NCBI GenBank assembly: GCA_012026655.1
Contig: JAAILG010000651.1
Span: 1 to 64,000 of the forward strand
Length of the DNA: 64,000 bases
From: Hydrolagus affinis
Lineage: Eukaryota
Direction: 5' to 3'
The notes beneath the pieces are model-generated. The model made no database searches and was not told the origin of the DNA. It saw only the letters and a list, made by a program, of their open reading frames with translations. The number at the start of each line of letters is the position of its first letter. Position 1 is the first letter of the stretch. Positions 63,129 to 64,000 of the stretch are shown piece after piece. The translations under genes were made by a program, and so were the position numbers.

Positions 63129-63589
63129 ACCACATACAACCACATGCTCATTAATGAAGGAGCTTTACTGAGAGCGGTTGCAGTTACTGTAATGTTCGCA
63201 CATTCTCTTTCTGTTTGCCCCCAAAGGCAACTCTCGGGAAATAATTAGACGTGTATACTCTAACATCCCCTTCCCCACCCACCAAACAAAAAACGCAACG
63301 ACAGTTCAGAGATTTCCTGCGTTGATATGCAGTCTAGGCTCACGACAGCTAGTTTTCTATCTGAACTGTCTCCTACACTGGAATGCAAAGTTAAAATAAA
63401 CCACAGAATCCAACCTTGCCGGAAAGATGGCAGAGCACGGACATTATGCTATCACATTGCCACTGCCTGCAGGATAGCCCCAAGGCTAGAGTAGGAGTCT
63501 TTACAACAGAAAAAAGCTGTCACTGAGACATTTTACATTTGTGAATTCATGCTAATGAATTCATACACGGGGGAGAGGGCAACCCTTTC

Positions 63590-63718
63590 ATGAGGAAGAA
63601 AGGAATATAGAAAGGTGTGCGAAAAAGGATAGTGGGAGAAAATTAAGATGGGTAGGGATTCATGCCGAATACAAACACAAGCATGATATAATAGGGTTAA
63701 ATGGCCTGTTTCAGTGCA
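63590..63718 (+). mobile_element. Diverged CR1-type 3' UTR
   Basis: atgaggaagaaaggaata...ataatagggttaaatggcctgtttcagtgc. Similar tails at about 40645-40727 and 55710-55826. Confidence 0.55.
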
Positions 63719-63805
63719 GATCAGTCTATCTAATCCTGTGTGAAAGTGTACAAAACCTAGAGCATATGCATCAACTATGATCAATGTGTTTATTGTGCAT
63801 ATGAA

Positions 63806-63860
63806 AACAACAACAAAAACTTATATAGCACCCTCCATGTAGGACAGTGTCTCAGAGCAC
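63806..63860 (-). mobile_element. L2 tail fragment
   Basis: aacaacaac..ttatatagcaccctccatgtaggacagtgtctcagagcac. Similar tails at about 39061-39126 and 22608-22665. Confidence 0.75.
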
Positions 63861-64000
63861 CCAGTATTAATTGGAAAACCAGTATAGGGAAAAATCTTCA
63901 ATATTAATGTTTTTTTAAGCTGCAATCAGAAACGGGTTCGATTCCTGGGTGAAAATTTAGGCATGTCTCTTTACTCCCACGCCTCTGTAGTAAGTTGTTA

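Overview
Vertebrate genomic DNA, not prokaryotic. The repeat content (Deu-domain tRNA-SINEs, L2, shark-type CR1 tails, LF-SINE-like relic) points to a cartilaginous fish, probably a chimaera such as Callorhinchus; this is an inference. The window holds the first three coding exons of ABTB2 on the + strand (158-750, 3824-4116, 61343-61489). They are separated by a 3.07 kb intron and an intron of about 57 kb containing two 100-N gaps, and the gene continues past the window end. The other ORF-track entries I examined are spurious or retroposon-derived. I found no support for a new multi-gene system. The most notable observations are: (1) a single-chain H2B-H2A histone-fold doublet in the ABTB2 N-terminus, split by an intron that I recall is absent from human ABTB2; (2) nested retroposon insertions with visible target-site duplications, one creating a fold-back; (3) compensatory changes in the SINE/L2 3' stem-loop; (4) an unexplained 127-bp hairpin and a 61-bp direct repeat; (5) CpG-rich intronic patches and ancient SINE relics that could be enhancers. 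Repeat boundaries are approximate. Family names are recalled from memory, not from a database search.
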